Shown here piece after piece: positions 39,063 to 48,719 of a stretch of DNA of 64,000 nt. The position numbers and the translations under genes are program-made. The DNA is from Chloroflexota bacterium (GTDB lineage Bacteria; Chloroflexota; Anaerolineae; Aggregatilineales; UBA3940), in contig JAZIGM010000057.1 in assembly GCA_036679085.1 (NCBI GenBank), positions 146,635-210,634 of the forward strand. The letters are read 5' to 3'. The stretch's first letter is position 1, and each line of letters opens with the position of its first letter. The notes under the pieces were generated by a model. It had not been told where the DNA came from, did not search any database, and saw only the letters and a list, made by a program, of their open reading frames with translations.

Positions 39063-39537
39063 AAAGACGCTGGCGATGCGCGTGCTGGAGGGGCAGGGCA
39101 TCCCCTATGAGGTCATCGAGTTCCCCTCCGACATCCACGACGCAAGGGGCGTCGCCGAGTACGCCCGCGTGCCCGTCGACCACGTGTACAAGACGCTGGT
39201 CGCCGAGGCGGATGAGCCCGGCTTCAAGCCGATGCTCGTCATGATCGCCGCCGACCGCAGCCTCGACCTGAAAAAGCTGGCGAAGGTCGTCGGCGCGAAG
39301 AAAACCCGCATGGCCACCCATGCCGACGCCGAGCGCATGACACGCCTGCAAACGGGCGGCATCTCGGCGCTGGCGCTGCTCAACAGGGGTTTTAGCATCT
39401 ATATCGATGAGCCCGCCACCGAGCTCGACTTTATCGTCGTCAGCGCCGGGCAGCGCGGGTTAAATCTGCGCCTCGACCCCGCCGCGCTCATCCGTGTGAC
39501 GGGCGCCGAGGTCGTAGATGTGAGTGAGTCACCGTGA
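39046..39537 (+). CDS. ybaK: Cys-tRNA(Pro)/Cys-tRNA(Cys) deacylase YbaK
   Basis: MSRKVKKTLAMRVLEGQGIPYEVIEF...HVYKTLV...TGGISALAL; AGGAG before ATG 39046; overlaps the preceding gene by 17 nt. Confidence 0.85.
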   Translation: MSRKVKKTLAMRVLEGQGIPYEVIEFPSDIHDARGVAEYARVPVDHVYKTLVAEADEPGFKPMLVMIAADRSLDLKKLAKVVGAKKTRMATHADAERMTRLQTGGISALALLNRGFSIYIDEPATELDFIVVSAGQRGLNLRLDPAALIRVTGAEVVDVSESP

Positions 39538-39571
39538 CCGTATTGTAAAAGGTGAAGGAGAATTACACACC

Positions 39572-39988
39572 GTGGTCCTGACACGTACTTTCGAACTGCA
39601 CACCAACGCCAACTACGACACGCACGACATCACCGAGCAGGTCGCGCAGCACGTCCGCGAGTCCGGTCTGCAGAACGGCATCGTCACCGTCTTTACGCCG
39701 AGTTCGACGAGCGCCCTCACCACCATCGAGTACGAGCCGGGGGCCATCTCCGACTTTGAGCGGCTCTTTGACGAGATCGCCACGCCCGATCGCGAGTACC
39801 GTCACAACCTGCGCTGGAACGACGGCAACGGGCACAGCCACATCCGCGCCTCGCTGGTCGGCCCGAGCCTGACCATCCCGTTTGCCGAAAAGGAGCTGCT
39901 GCTCGGCGAATGGCAGCAGATCATGTACATCGACTTTGACGTGCGCCCGCGCACCCGGCGCGTCATCGTGCAGATCCTCGGAGAGTAA
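39572..39988 (+). CDS. yjbQ: YjbQ/UPF0047 family (secondary thiamine-phosphate synthase) protein
   Basis: GTG 39572 gives 138 aa, typical for the family; HDITEQV, GIVTVFTPSSTSALT, GHSHIRASLVGPS. The track start 39524 is an alternative. Confidence 0.85.
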   Translation: MVLTRTFELHTNANYDTHDITEQVAQHVRESGLQNGIVTVFTPSSTSALTTIEYEPGAISDFERLFDEIATPDREYRHNLRWNDGNGHSHIRASLVGPSLTIPFAEKELLLGEWQQIMYIDFDVRPRTRRVIVQILGE

Positions 39989-39994
39989 ACCCCG

Positions 39995-40477
39995 TTGTCC
40001 CGGCGTGCGTTCAGCCTGATCGGCATTCTGCTGTCCCTCGCGCTCCTCGTCGGCGCGCTGGGCCTGTTTTACAGCGCCTACCGCCGCGTCGAGACGCAGG
40101 TCCGGCTGATGGGCGACGCGTGGGCAACGCGCGGCGTCGTGCTGGAGAAGCTTGTCGAGGAGCGCGAGGACCGGCTGCTGCCATGGGACGTGACGACCTA
40201 CGTCGTGCGCTATGCCTACCCCAACGACAGGGGCCAGATGCGCACCGGCGAGCAGGTCGTCACCCGGCGATTCTTCGAGCAGACGCCCGAACAGGGCGAA
40301 CCGATCCCGGTGGTCATCCTGACCGATGATTCGGCTGTGACCGCCGTCAGCCCCGGCCTGACCTTCCCGGCAGGGGCGGGCTGGCGTGTCGGCCTGGCGC
40401 TGGTCGCCGTGCTCGGATCGATGGTGCTCTCGACGATCAGCCTGGCGCTCACCCGCCGCGACGAGGCAGAGGGGTAG
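39995..40477 (+). CDS. DUF3592-like membrane protein
   Basis: 160 aa; TM at each end flanking a soluble beta-rich middle; the family call is tentative. Confidence 0.5.
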   Translation: MSRRAFSLIGILLSLALLVGALGLFYSAYRRVETQVRLMGDAWATRGVVLEKLVEEREDRLLPWDVTTYVVRYAYPNDRGQMRTGEQVVTRRFFEQTPEQGEPIPVVILTDDSAVTAVSPGLTFPAGAGWRVGLALVAVLGSMVLSTISLALTRRDEAEG

Positions 40478-40503
40478 GGTTCTAACCCTCGCCTAACGAG
40501 GTT

Positions 40504-41655
40504 GTGATGCTCACATATCCGATCTACCTCGACTATAACGCCACCACACCCATTGACCGCGAGGCGGCGGATGCAATGCTGCCGTACCTGTACGTCCATT
40601 TCGGCAACCCGTCAAGTGCGCATCCCTACGGGCGCGCCGCGCGGAAAGCCGTAGACCGGGCGCGGGAGCAGGTCGCCGCGCTGCTCGGGGCCACGCCGGA
40701 CGAGATCATCTTCACAAGCGGCGGCACCGAGGCCAACAACACCGTGATCAAAGGTGTGGCGGAGGCCCGTGGGCGCGGGCACATCATCACCTCGGCGGTG
40801 GAGCACCCCGCCGTGCTGGAGCCGTGCCATGTGCTCGCCGCGCGGGGCTTTGACATCACCATCCTGCCGGTGGACGCACAGGGCCGCGTCAGCCCGGATG
40901 ACGTGCGCGCAGCTATCCGCGACGACACGATCCTCGTGAGCGTCATGCTGGCTAACAACGAGGTCGGCACGGTGCAGCCCATCGCGGAGATCGCCTCCAT
41001 CGCGCACGAGCACGGCGCGCTGATGCACACCGACGCGGCGCAGGCGGTCGGCAAGATGCCGGTGGACGTGCGCGTGCTGGGTGTGGACTTCCTGAGCGTG
41101 GCCGGGCACAAGCTCTACGCGCCGAAGGGCATCGGGGCGCTGTACGTGCGCCAGGGCATTGAGCTGCCCAAGTTCATGCACGGGGCATCGCACGAGCGCA
41201 ACCGCCGCGCAGGGACCGAGAACGTGCTGGAGATCGTCGGGCTGGGGGCCGCGGCGGAAGTCGCCCGGCGCGATATGGCAGCCAACATCGAGGCGATGCG
41301 CGCCAGCCGCGACCGGCTGCGGGAGGCGCTCACCGCACGGCTTGACGGCGTGCGCTGCAACGGCGACCCCGACCACAGCCTGCCGAACACACTGAGCATC
41401 AGCTTTCAGAACGTGCAGGCCAACGTGCTCGTCGAGCGCATCGCCGCGCGGGTCGCGGCCTCGGCAGGCGCAGCCTGCCACGCCGACCAGGTGACGGTCA
41501 GCGCGGTGCTGGCGGCGATGGATGTGCCCACCGACTACGCGATGGGCACGCTGCGCCTCTCGACCGGCAAGATGACCACGCTGGAGGAAGCGGATGAGGC
41601 GGCGCAGGTGATCGCCGCTGCTGTTGAAGAACTGCGGGGGCAGGACCCCAATTGA
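40504..41655 (+). CDS. cysteine desulfurase (NifS/IscS class V aminotransferase family)
   Basis: YLDYNATTP, FTSGGTEANN, SVAGHKLYAPKGIGALY, SAGAACHA active-site Cys region. Confidence 0.9.
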   Translation: MMLTYPIYLDYNATTPIDREAADAMLPYLYVHFGNPSSAHPYGRAARKAVDRAREQVAALLGATPDEIIFTSGGTEANNTVIKGVAEARGRGHIITSAVEHPAVLEPCHVLAARGFDITILPVDAQGRVSPDDVRAAIRDDTILVSVMLANNEVGTVQPIAEIASIAHEHGALMHTDAAQAVGKMPVDVRVLGVDFLSVAGHKLYAPKGIGALYVRQGIELPKFMHGASHERNRRAGTENVLEIVGLGAAAEVARRDMAANIEAMRASRDRLREALTARLDGVRCNGDPDHSLPNTLSISFQNVQANVLVERIAARVAASAGAACHADQVTVSAVLAAMDVPTDYAMGTLRLSTGKMTTLEEADEAAQVIAAAVEELRGQDPN

Positions 41656-41764
41656 CGATCCCCGGCACCAGAAGTACAATCGGAACAGTTTAATTGTTGT
41701 AAGAGGCCAACAGTTCTGCCTGCTGGCCGCGAAAACCCGTGCAAGCACAAGGTGGGAGCATCAC

Positions 41765-42382
41765 ATGTCGCAGGAAAACGAGTGGCTCAGCCTGGGCGAG
41801 GCTGCCGACATTCTCGGCGTCCACCCCTCGACTGTGCGCCACTGGGCTGACAGCGGCGACCTGCCCTCCCAGCGCACGCCCGGCGGGCACCGCCGCTTCC
41901 GCCGTGCCGACCTTCAGCAGTGGGCGCTCACGCGCAGCGGTTCCAACGCGCCCGCCGAAGCCCGCCTGATGCTGCAAAACGCCCTGGGCCGCGCCCGGCT
42001 GGAGATCGGCGAAGGCCGTCTGCGCGAGCAAAGCTGGTACAGAGCGATGAACGAGGACTCGCGCCGGACGCACCGCGTACTCGGGCGTCGCCTGCTGGAG
42101 CTTCTGGCCGGGTATCTGGCCGACCCGGAGCGCTCGGCGGACATCCGCGCCGAGGTTCGGGCTATCGGCAAGGAGTACGCCGACCTCTCTCACCGGGAAG
42201 GGCTAAGCCTGACCGACACGGTCCGCGCCTTCCTGTTCTTCCGCGATCTCGTGAATGACAGCATGATCCAGCTTGCCGAATTCCTGAGCCTGCGCACGCC
42301 GCTGGACTGGGGCGACCGGCTGCGTCAGGTCAACCTCATCACGGATGAACTGCTGCTCTCGCTGATCGAGACGTACGAGTAG
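41765..42382 (+). CDS. excisionase/MerR-type helix-turn-helix DNA-binding protein
   Basis: WLSLGEAADILGVHPSTVRHWADSGDLPSQRTPGGHRRFRRADL; C-terminal helical domain unassigned; start ATG 41765. Confidence 0.6.
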   Translation: MSQENEWLSLGEAADILGVHPSTVRHWADSGDLPSQRTPGGHRRFRRADLQQWALTRSGSNAPAEARLMLQNALGRARLEIGEGRLREQSWYRAMNEDSRRTHRVLGRRLLELLAGYLADPERSADIRAEVRAIGKEYADLSHREGLSLTDTVRAFLFFRDLVNDSMIQLAEFLSLRTPLDWGDRLRQVNLITDELLLSLIETYE

Positions 42383-42394
42383 AGCACCGCCGCC

Positions 42395-42937
42395 TTGCCC
42401 CGTACACGCTTCGATTGGATCGTCATCACTGTCGTCGTCGCGCTGGTCGGCTCGCTGTGGGTCGGCATGACGCGCGTGCGCGCCGGGGCGTCGGACCTCA
42501 GCGCCGGAGCGCCCCGGCCCGAAGTCGGCCATACCGCACCCGACTTCACCCTGCCCACGCCCGACGGCGGCGAGATACGCCTGAGCGACCTGCGCGGCAG
42601 GCCGGTCGTCGTCAACTTCTGGGCGACGTGGTGCCCGCCGTGCCGTTATGAGGTCCCCGCGCTGGAGCAGGCTCACCGCGAGCTGGGCGGCGACGCCATC
42701 ATCCTGGGTGTGGACGTGCAGGAGAGCGCGGCGACGGTGCAGAGCTTCGCTAGCGAGGTCGGCATGACCTACCCCGTCGTGCTGGACGCCCGCGCCGAGG
42801 TCGCCCGTGCCTACCGCGTGCGGGCCTACCCCACCACGTACTTTATCGACTCGCGCGGCATGATCACGCATGTGGTCACCGGGCCGCTGAACGAGCCGCT
42901 GCTGTACACACGGCTCGCCGAGCTGGTGGGGCGCTAG
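42395..42937 (+). CDS. TlpA/ResA-family thiol-disulfide oxidoreductase
   Basis: N-terminal TM; VVNFWATWCPPCRYEVPALE. Confidence 0.8.
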   Translation: MPRTRFDWIVITVVVALVGSLWVGMTRVRAGASDLSAGAPRPEVGHTAPDFTLPTPDGGEIRLSDLRGRPVVVNFWATWCPPCRYEVPALEQAHRELGGDAIILGVDVQESAATVQSFASEVGMTYPVVLDARAEVARAYRVRAYPTTYFIDSRGMITHVVTGPLNEPLLYTRLAELVGR

Positions 42938-42939
42938 CC

Positions 42940-43710
42940 ATGTTGCCGGTCCTGCAGGTTGGCCCGCTGAGCATCCGCATGCCCGGCCTGGTGCTGCTCG
43001 CCGCGCTATGGCTTGCGCTGGAGGTCGCCGCGCGGGCGGGGGTGCGGCGCGGGCTGAACCCCGACCGCCTGTACAACTTCGGCTTTCTGGTCGTGGTGGC
43101 GGGCATTGCCGGGGCGCGGCTGGCGTTCGTGCTGGCGCACCTCAACCTGTACACGCGCATCACCCCGGTGACGCGGGCGCTCGGCGCGGCCCTCTCGCTC
43201 TCCCCCGGCACGGAGATCGCCTGGGCGGGCGTACTGATCGCGGCGGCTGCCGCCGTACTGCTCGCCCGGCTGTGGCGTCTGCCGCCGCTCCCCCTCGCAG
43301 ACGCCTTCGCCCCGGCGCTCGCCGTCCTCACGCTGGGCGTGGGGCTGGCCGCCCTGCTGCGCGGCGACCTGCTTGGCATGCCCGCCGACCTGCCCTGGGC
43401 CATCGACCTCGCCGGGGCGAGACGCCACCCGACGCAGGCTTACATCATGCTGGTGGCCGCCGCCGCGCTGATCGTCGCGTGGCGGCTGGAGCGCACCCCG
43501 CCGGAGCGCCGCGCGCCGGGCACGCTGGCGCAGATCGTGGTGATGGTGCTCTGCGTGGGCGTGCTGCTCGTCGAGCCGCTCCGCGCCGACAGCGCCACCA
43601 TCGGGCCGGGCCTGCGGGTGATGGCCGTGGTCGCGCTCGCCGTGCTCGTCGCCGATCTCGCGCTGTTCGCCGCCCGCGCGCCGGTGCGGGTGGAAGAAGA
43701 CATGGCGTAG
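42940..43710 (+). CDS. prolipoprotein diacylglyceryl transferase-like membrane protein
   Basis: 256 aa polytopic; GIAGARLAFVL and RRHPTQAYI resemble Lgt motifs, but the central GG..HGG motif is not evident. Confidence 0.5.
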   Translation: MLPVLQVGPLSIRMPGLVLLAALWLALEVAARAGVRRGLNPDRLYNFGFLVVVAGIAGARLAFVLAHLNLYTRITPVTRALGAALSLSPGTEIAWAGVLIAAAAAVLLARLWRLPPLPLADAFAPALAVLTLGVGLAALLRGDLLGMPADLPWAIDLAGARRHPTQAYIMLVAAAALIVAWRLERTPPERRAPGTLAQIVVMVLCVGVLLVEPLRADSATIGPGLRVMAVVALAVLVADLALFAARAPVRVEEDMA

Positions 43711-43721
43711 GGGCGCCCCCT

Positions 43722-43946
43722 GCCCGGCAATGAATTGCCGGGCTATGTGTAATTGTCCGCTCCGCGGACAGAGGCGCCGGGCAATAAATTGCCCGACTAA
43801 AAAGGGATTGCACCGCAATCCCGCGAAGTGCCCTATCGGGCACTCCCGGCCCGAAGGGCCGGCGCCCCCACAGGGGGCGGAGTCCTCCTGCGGAGGACTT
43901 GGCGGTGGCGCAGCCACCTTGTAGCCCGGGAATTCCATTCCCGGGC
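43722..43946. repeat. multi-hairpin composite repeat (forward orientation)
   Basis: Same module order as 54794-54969: A gcccggcaatgaattgccgggc ... B gggattgcaccgcaatccc, C gtgccctatcgggcac, D, E gcccccacagggggc, F ggagtcctcctgcggaggactt, G ggcggtggcgcagccacc, A gcccgggaattccattcccgggc. Confidence 0.85.
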
Positions 43947-44037
43947 GGTGAGGGGCAACAATGCCAGCCTCCCCACGCCACGCTATAATTCAGATGTTCG
44001 CTCAGGAAACGGAAGCGTTGAAAAAGAGGTTCCGCGC

Positions 44038-44571
44038 ATGGAAAGACAGCTTGAGGGTTTACAGGCAGTGCTCGACGTGCCCTTTATCCGCCGCATCCGG
44101 CGCAATCATGGGTTAGAACACGCCACGATCCACCTGCTCTCGCGCCGGGTGCCGAACCTGCGCATGGTGGGCCGCTCCGACGCAGGCGGCTTCTGGCTGT
44201 ACGGCGAAGTGAACACCGAGCAGGTGCGCGAATCGGTCTACTCCGCGCTGGAGCGCATGCGCGCCGGGGAGCACAAGCTCGCCATCCACCCCAACTGCGG
44301 CACGAACCTCATCACGATGGCCATGCTCGGCACCGTAGCGACGTTCGCCACGCTGGCAGGCTCCGAGCGGGAGCGCTTCGGCAAGCTCTCGCGCCTGCCG
44401 CTCCTGATGATCGGGCTGCTGGCCTCGACGGTCTTCGGCCAGCCGCTCGGCATGCGGATTCAGAAGTACGTCACCACCCTGGGCGACCCCGGCGACCTGG
44501 AGATTGTTTCCATCGAGCGCCGCAACCGGGGAGCCGTTACCGCACACCGCGTCCTGACGCGTTCGTCATAG
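44038..44571 (+). CDS. conserved-looking hypothetical protein (RRNHGLEHAT / HPNCGTN motifs, two C-terminal hydrophobic segments)
   Basis: 177 aa from ATG 44038; the track ORF's upstream extension lies in the repeat array. Confidence 0.6.
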   Translation: MERQLEGLQAVLDVPFIRRIRRNHGLEHATIHLLSRRVPNLRMVGRSDAGGFWLYGEVNTEQVRESVYSALERMRAGEHKLAIHPNCGTNLITMAMLGTVATFATLAGSERERFGKLSRLPLLMIGLLASTVFGQPLGMRIQKYVTTLGDPGDLEIVSIERRNRGAVTAHRVLTRSS

Positions 44572-44586
44572 CCACAGGCAGCCATC

Positions 44587-45276
44587 ATGCAGAATCGAGA
44601 CGCATCCTCCCGGCTGGACCTTCCTTACGAGAATCTCGTGCTGACAGGCTTCCTCGGCGTCGGCAAGTCGACGATTGGCGGGTATATCGCGCAGCAGCTT
44701 GGCGCGGACATCCTCGACGTGGACGAGGAGATCGTCGCGCGCGAGCAGATGGGCATCGCCAAGTTGCGCGAGGTTTACGGCGACCAGCGGCTGCGCGCGC
44801 TGGAACACGACCTGTGCCGCACAGCGGCGCTGATGCGGCGCAGCGTTATCATCGTACCCGGTGCGGCGCTGCTCGATACGCGTAACTACCGCCTGCTCTC
44901 CGAGACGGGCAAGATCGTTGTGCTGACGTGCGAGCTGGGCGAGGCCCTGCGCCGGATGCACCTCTCCAGCGATCAGCGCTACCGCGACGAGACGATGCGC
45001 CGGCGCATGTTGAGCCGCCTGCGGCGCGAGTATGCCGTCGTCAACGACGAGCGGCTGCTCCAGCTTGACACCACCCACCTCACCATCGAGGAGGAGAGCA
45101 GCCTGCTGATCGACTACTGGTTTGAGGATAAGGTAGAGAGCGAGCTGTTCCGCTATGGGCCGCCCCCGCCGATCAAGCCGCCCCCCCGCCCCAAGTTCGG
45201 CGTGTCCAGCCGGTGGGTCGGCCAGCCGGAAACCCGGGGCGAGGGGTCAAAGCGCGGCTGGTGGCGACGCGGGTAG
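44587..45276 (+). CDS. shikimate kinase-like P-loop protein with Pro-rich C-terminal extension
   Basis: VLTGFLGVGKSTIGGYIAQQLGADILDVDEEI, GDQRLRALEHDL. Confidence 0.7.
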   Translation: MQNRDASSRLDLPYENLVLTGFLGVGKSTIGGYIAQQLGADILDVDEEIVAREQMGIAKLREVYGDQRLRALEHDLCRTAALMRRSVIIVPGAALLDTRNYRLLSETGKIVVLTCELGEALRRMHLSSDQRYRDETMRRRMLSRLRREYAVVNDERLLQLDTTHLTIEEESSLLIDYWFEDKVESELFRYGPPPPIKPPPRPKFGVSSRWVGQPETRGEGSKRGWWRRG

Positions 45277-45307
45277 GCGGCGCAGGTAGGCGGCGCGGAT
45301 AGGCGAG

Positions 45308-45589
45308 CTAGGTTTTGACCTCCGCCTCGATGCCGATAACTTCCTTCACGTCGGGGAAGAACTGGCGGACCGTGCCTTCGATCCAGCCGCGCAGCGTATT
45401 CGGTGAGAGCGGGCAGCCGACGCAGGCCCCGCCCATCTCCACGACGAGCGTTTCCCCGTCGTAGTCCACCAGCTTGACCCAGCCGCCGTGATACTGCTCG
45501 ATGTAGGCGCTCAAAAACTCGATCAGGCCCTGCATTCGCTGCTGATCGTCGTGCCTGTCGTCGGGCACGTACTCCGGTAGGTTGCTCAT
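45308..45589 (-). CDS. NifU-like C-terminal domain (Nfu-type Fe-S cluster protein)
   Basis: 93 aa from ATG 45589; VEMGGACVGCPLSPNTLRGWIE; the rest of track ORF 45308..46195 is rejected. Confidence 0.8.
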   Translation of the reverse strand: MSNLPEYVPDDRHDDQQRMQGLIEFLSAYIEQYHGGWVKLVDYDGETLVVEMGGACVGCPLSPNTLRGWIEGTVRQFFPDVKEVIGIEAEVKT

Positions 45590-45787
45590 GATACTTCCCT
45601 TTTCGGCTGTGTTGGACATACTTGATATGCCGCACCCCGGCAAGGTGAGGGCGCGGGCGGGGGATAATAAGAGGCCCGGCAGCCGGGCATACACCGCCCG
45701 TTCTGCCCATACGTGCCAGAGTGTGCGTTCATCCATCAGTATAATCGAATTGAAACAGAGCGACAGTTCAGGGGGAACAGACCAGCC

Positions 45788-46549
45788 ATGCAGTCCGTGC
45801 TCGTAATCGGCGCACATCCGGACGACGAAACGATGCTCGTCGGCGGAACCATCGCCCTGCTCACCAGCAGCGGGGTGCAGGTACACATCCTGTCCGCCAC
45901 ACGCGGCGAGGGCGGCGAAATGGGCGACCCGCCGCTGGGGCCGCGCAAGGCCCTTGGTGCGATCCGCGAGCAGGAACTGCGCTGCGCGGCCAGGGCGCTC
46001 GGCGCGAGCAGCGTGCAATTCCTCGGCTATGTGGACCCGGTCGTCGGGCCGGACGACGAACTGTACCCCTTCGAGGCGGACTTCGATGAGCTGGTCGCAC
46101 GGATCGCCGGCGCGATCCGCAGCGTGCAGGCGGATGTCGTGCTCAGCCACGGCAGCAGCGGCGAGTACGGGCACCCGGCGCACCGGCTTGTCCACCGGGC
46201 CGTTGCCGAGGCTATCGCCCGGATATCCGACCCGCCGATCTTCTACTCGTTCGCGGCGGAGTTACCCGGCGTCGAGGACCGCCTGTGGAACGAGAGCGAC
46301 CCCGCCCACCTTGCGCTGGACATCCGCCCCTGGCTGGATCAGAAAGAGGCCGCCGCCCGCTGCCACGTCACACAGCACCCGCTGTTCGTGCGCAACCACC
46401 CCAACGAGACGGTCCGCGAGGCGCTGCGCAAGACCGAGACCTTCCACCGGCATCACCCACCGGTGGAGTCGGGCGAGCCACTGCACGACCCCTTCGCTGA
46501 TCTGCTGCAGGCGGCAGGCGCGTGGATCCCGGAGCACTGGGGACGGTAG
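45788..46549 (+). CDS. PIG-L/LmbE family deacetylase
   Basis: MQSVLVIGAHPDDETMLVGGT, GEYGHPAHR. Confidence 0.85.
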   Translation: MQSVLVIGAHPDDETMLVGGTIALLTSSGVQVHILSATRGEGGEMGDPPLGPRKALGAIREQELRCAARALGASSVQFLGYVDPVVGPDDELYPFEADFDELVARIAGAIRSVQADVVLSHGSSGEYGHPAHRLVHRAVAEAIARISDPPIFYSFAAELPGVEDRLWNESDPAHLALDIRPWLDQKEAAARCHVTQHPLFVRNHPNETVREALRKTETFHRHHPPVESGEPLHDPFADLLQAAGAWIPEHWGR

Positions 46550-46666
46550 CCTCCTTCTGTTAGTGGTTGCCTTGCAACTCCATCGCCCCTTGTGTGGGCT
46601 GATGCGACTCGCACGGGGTGAGGGCGTCACTGGCACGCGCCCGGCGCGGTTTGTAAACTCAATTTC

Positions 46667-47401
46667 ATGGAAAATCGCACCGCTCTTTGGCCAATGCTGG
46701 CCCTGCTGCTGGCGCTCGCGGCGATGGCCGCCATCACCACACAGCACGCCGCCGCGCAGGGGCCAAACGACCCGCCGCCCCCGCCCGAGGAGCCGATCTT
46801 TGGCCTGCCCTTCGCCGAACCGCCCGGCCCGGACACCTGGAACGTCACACAGTGGTACGGAAACACCCGCTTCGCCTACCTGATGCGCCGCACCTTCTAC
46901 GGCAACGGGCAGGGGCTGCACTTCGGGCTGGACCTCGGCGCGCCGTGCGGCACGGAGGTTATTGCCATCGGCGACGGCATTGTGACCAAGATCGACGCGA
47001 TGGAGCACGGCTCCGGGCCGCACAACCTCATGATCGACCATCCCGAAGGCTACTCGTCGTTCTACGGGCACCTGCTTGAGCCGCCGCGCCTGTACATCGG
47101 GCAGGAGGTCCACCGCGGCGACGTGATCGCGCTGACCGGCGACCCGGACCTGACATGCGACTCACGCCCGCACCTGCACCTTGAGATCCGCAATCACTGG
47201 TATAACTACGCCTACAACCCGGTCGAGTTCATCGACGCCGATTGGGACTCGCTGGCGCTGTTTGGGCCGCGCAGTAGCTTCTCGCGGGACCTCGACAACC
47301 CGCGCCGCTGGGTCACGCCTTACGACCAGCCCATGACGGACTTTGGCGGCGAGCTGCTGAACAATTACCTCAACGCGTGGCCGCCGGACTACTCACGATG
47401 A
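46667..47401 (+). CDS. M23 family metallopeptidase
   Basis: Signal peptide; GLHFGLDLGAPCGTEVIAIGDG, PHLHLEIR. Confidence 0.85.
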   Translation: MENRTALWPMLALLLALAAMAAITTQHAAAQGPNDPPPPPEEPIFGLPFAEPPGPDTWNVTQWYGNTRFAYLMRRTFYGNGQGLHFGLDLGAPCGTEVIAIGDGIVTKIDAMEHGSGPHNLMIDHPEGYSSFYGHLLEPPRLYIGQEVHRGDVIALTGDPDLTCDSRPHLHLEIRNHWYNYAYNPVEFIDADWDSLALFGPRSSFSRDLDNPRRWVTPYDQPMTDFGGELLNNYLNAWPPDYSR

Positions 47402-48549
47402 TGAGACGCCTTGCCGCTCTCCTGCTGCTGCTTGTATTGACGGCGTGCGGCGTGCAGGCCGCCGGGAACGATCCGCCCGCCCCGCCCCCGGCGCAGCCTG
47501 CTGCCGAGGTAGCCGCCGCGCCGAGCATGGCCCCGGCACAGATCGCCACCGTGCCGGGCGCGACGCCGTCCCTCGCCACGGCAACCGCCACCGTCGAGCC
47601 TGCGCCTGTGCTCACCCGCCTCACCGAGCCGGGGTGCTGCGTGCAGCCCATGTGGTCGCCCGATGGGCGGATGGTGCTGTTCATCGACCGGCCCGACGCC
47701 ACCGCGCCGACCGGCATCTACGGCGTGAGTGTCGAGGGCGGCCCGGTGCAGCTTATCACCGAGCGGGTCGCTAAGACCAGCCCCGACGGGCGCTACATCG
47801 TGTATCTGAACGAGTCGGCGCAGGTCGTCGTCGAGGACCTGCAAACAGGCGAGGTCTGGCTTATCCCCAGCGACCGGCGAGAGCCGCACTTCTCCCCGAA
47901 CAGCCAGCGCCTCGTGTGGACGGCGGAGACGGGCAGCGGCGCGTTCAGCCAGCGCCCCAGCATCGTCAGCGTGTCGGAGGTGAACGGGCAGAACGCCCGC
48001 GAAGTGATCACTGTGTACGGGGGCGGCTTCGTCGGCTGGCTGGACGACGACCGGATGCTGGTGCAAGGGCGGATCGAGGAGAGCAACGGCGTGCTTGCCG
48101 AAGAAGCGCTCTACGCGATCGACCTGCTGAGCGGCGACATGGACCAGCTTGCAGTGAGCGACCGGCTGCGCTCCGTGCAGCCCGCGCCGGGCGGCGAGTG
48201 GGTCTTTTACGCGATTGCCTTCGACACGGACGACCCGACGCGCAACGGCATGTGGGTAGTCCGTGCAGATGGGAGCGAGCGGCATAAGCTGGATGTCGTG
48301 GGCGCGGCGCAATGGCAGGACGGCTCGCGCCTGCTGATCATTCCGATGGAGCCGGGCGCGCCGAGCCACCGCGTGCTGCGCTTCGACGCAGAGACGGGCG
48401 AGATGGAGGCCATCACCGACCCCGCGCAGACGCCGTTCCGCATCCTGAGCGGCGACTGGCAGGTTTCACCGACCGGTGAGCATATCGTGTTCGTCAGCGC
48501 GGAGGATCTGTCGCTGTGGGTGATGACGCTGCCGGGGGCGGATAGGTGA
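47398..48549 (+). CDS. lipoprotein with TolB-like PD40 beta-propeller repeats
   Basis: ATGA overlap with the M23 stop; lipobox LVLTAC; WSPDGRMVLF, SPDGRYIVY, FSPNSQRLVW, SPTGEHIVFVS. Confidence 0.65.
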   Translation: MMRRLAALLLLLVLTACGVQAAGNDPPAPPPAQPAAEVAAAPSMAPAQIATVPGATPSLATATATVEPAPVLTRLTEPGCCVQPMWSPDGRMVLFIDRPDATAPTGIYGVSVEGGPVQLITERVAKTSPDGRYIVYLNESAQVVVEDLQTGEVWLIPSDRREPHFSPNSQRLVWTAETGSGAFSQRPSIVSVSEVNGQNAREVITVYGGGFVGWLDDDRMLVQGRIEESNGVLAEEALYAIDLLSGDMDQLAVSDRLRSVQPAPGGEWVFYAIAFDTDDPTRNGMWVVRADGSERHKLDVVGAAQWQDGSRLLIIPMEPGAPSHRVLRFDAETGEMEAITDPAQTPFRILSGDWQVSPTGEHIVFVSAEDLSLWVMTLPGADR

Positions 48550-48605
48550 ACCGCGAAACTTCACCCCCGTCGCGTCTGCGAGGCGATGGAAGGGGCGAGG
48601 TCTTC

Positions 48606-48663
48606 ATAGGGGCAGGTCGTGCGCGATGCTTCGCATTGACCGCATCAACAGACCCGCCCTACC
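48606..48663. repeat. nested hairpin element copy
   Basis: ataggggcaggtc-[gtgcgcgatgcttcgcattgaccgcatcaacag]-acccgccctacc. Confidence 0.75.
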
Positions 48664-48719
48664 ATTCCGCGGCGTATCAGAAACGGCCCTAACCAGACCG
48701 CACCGGGCGTAATGCCCCC

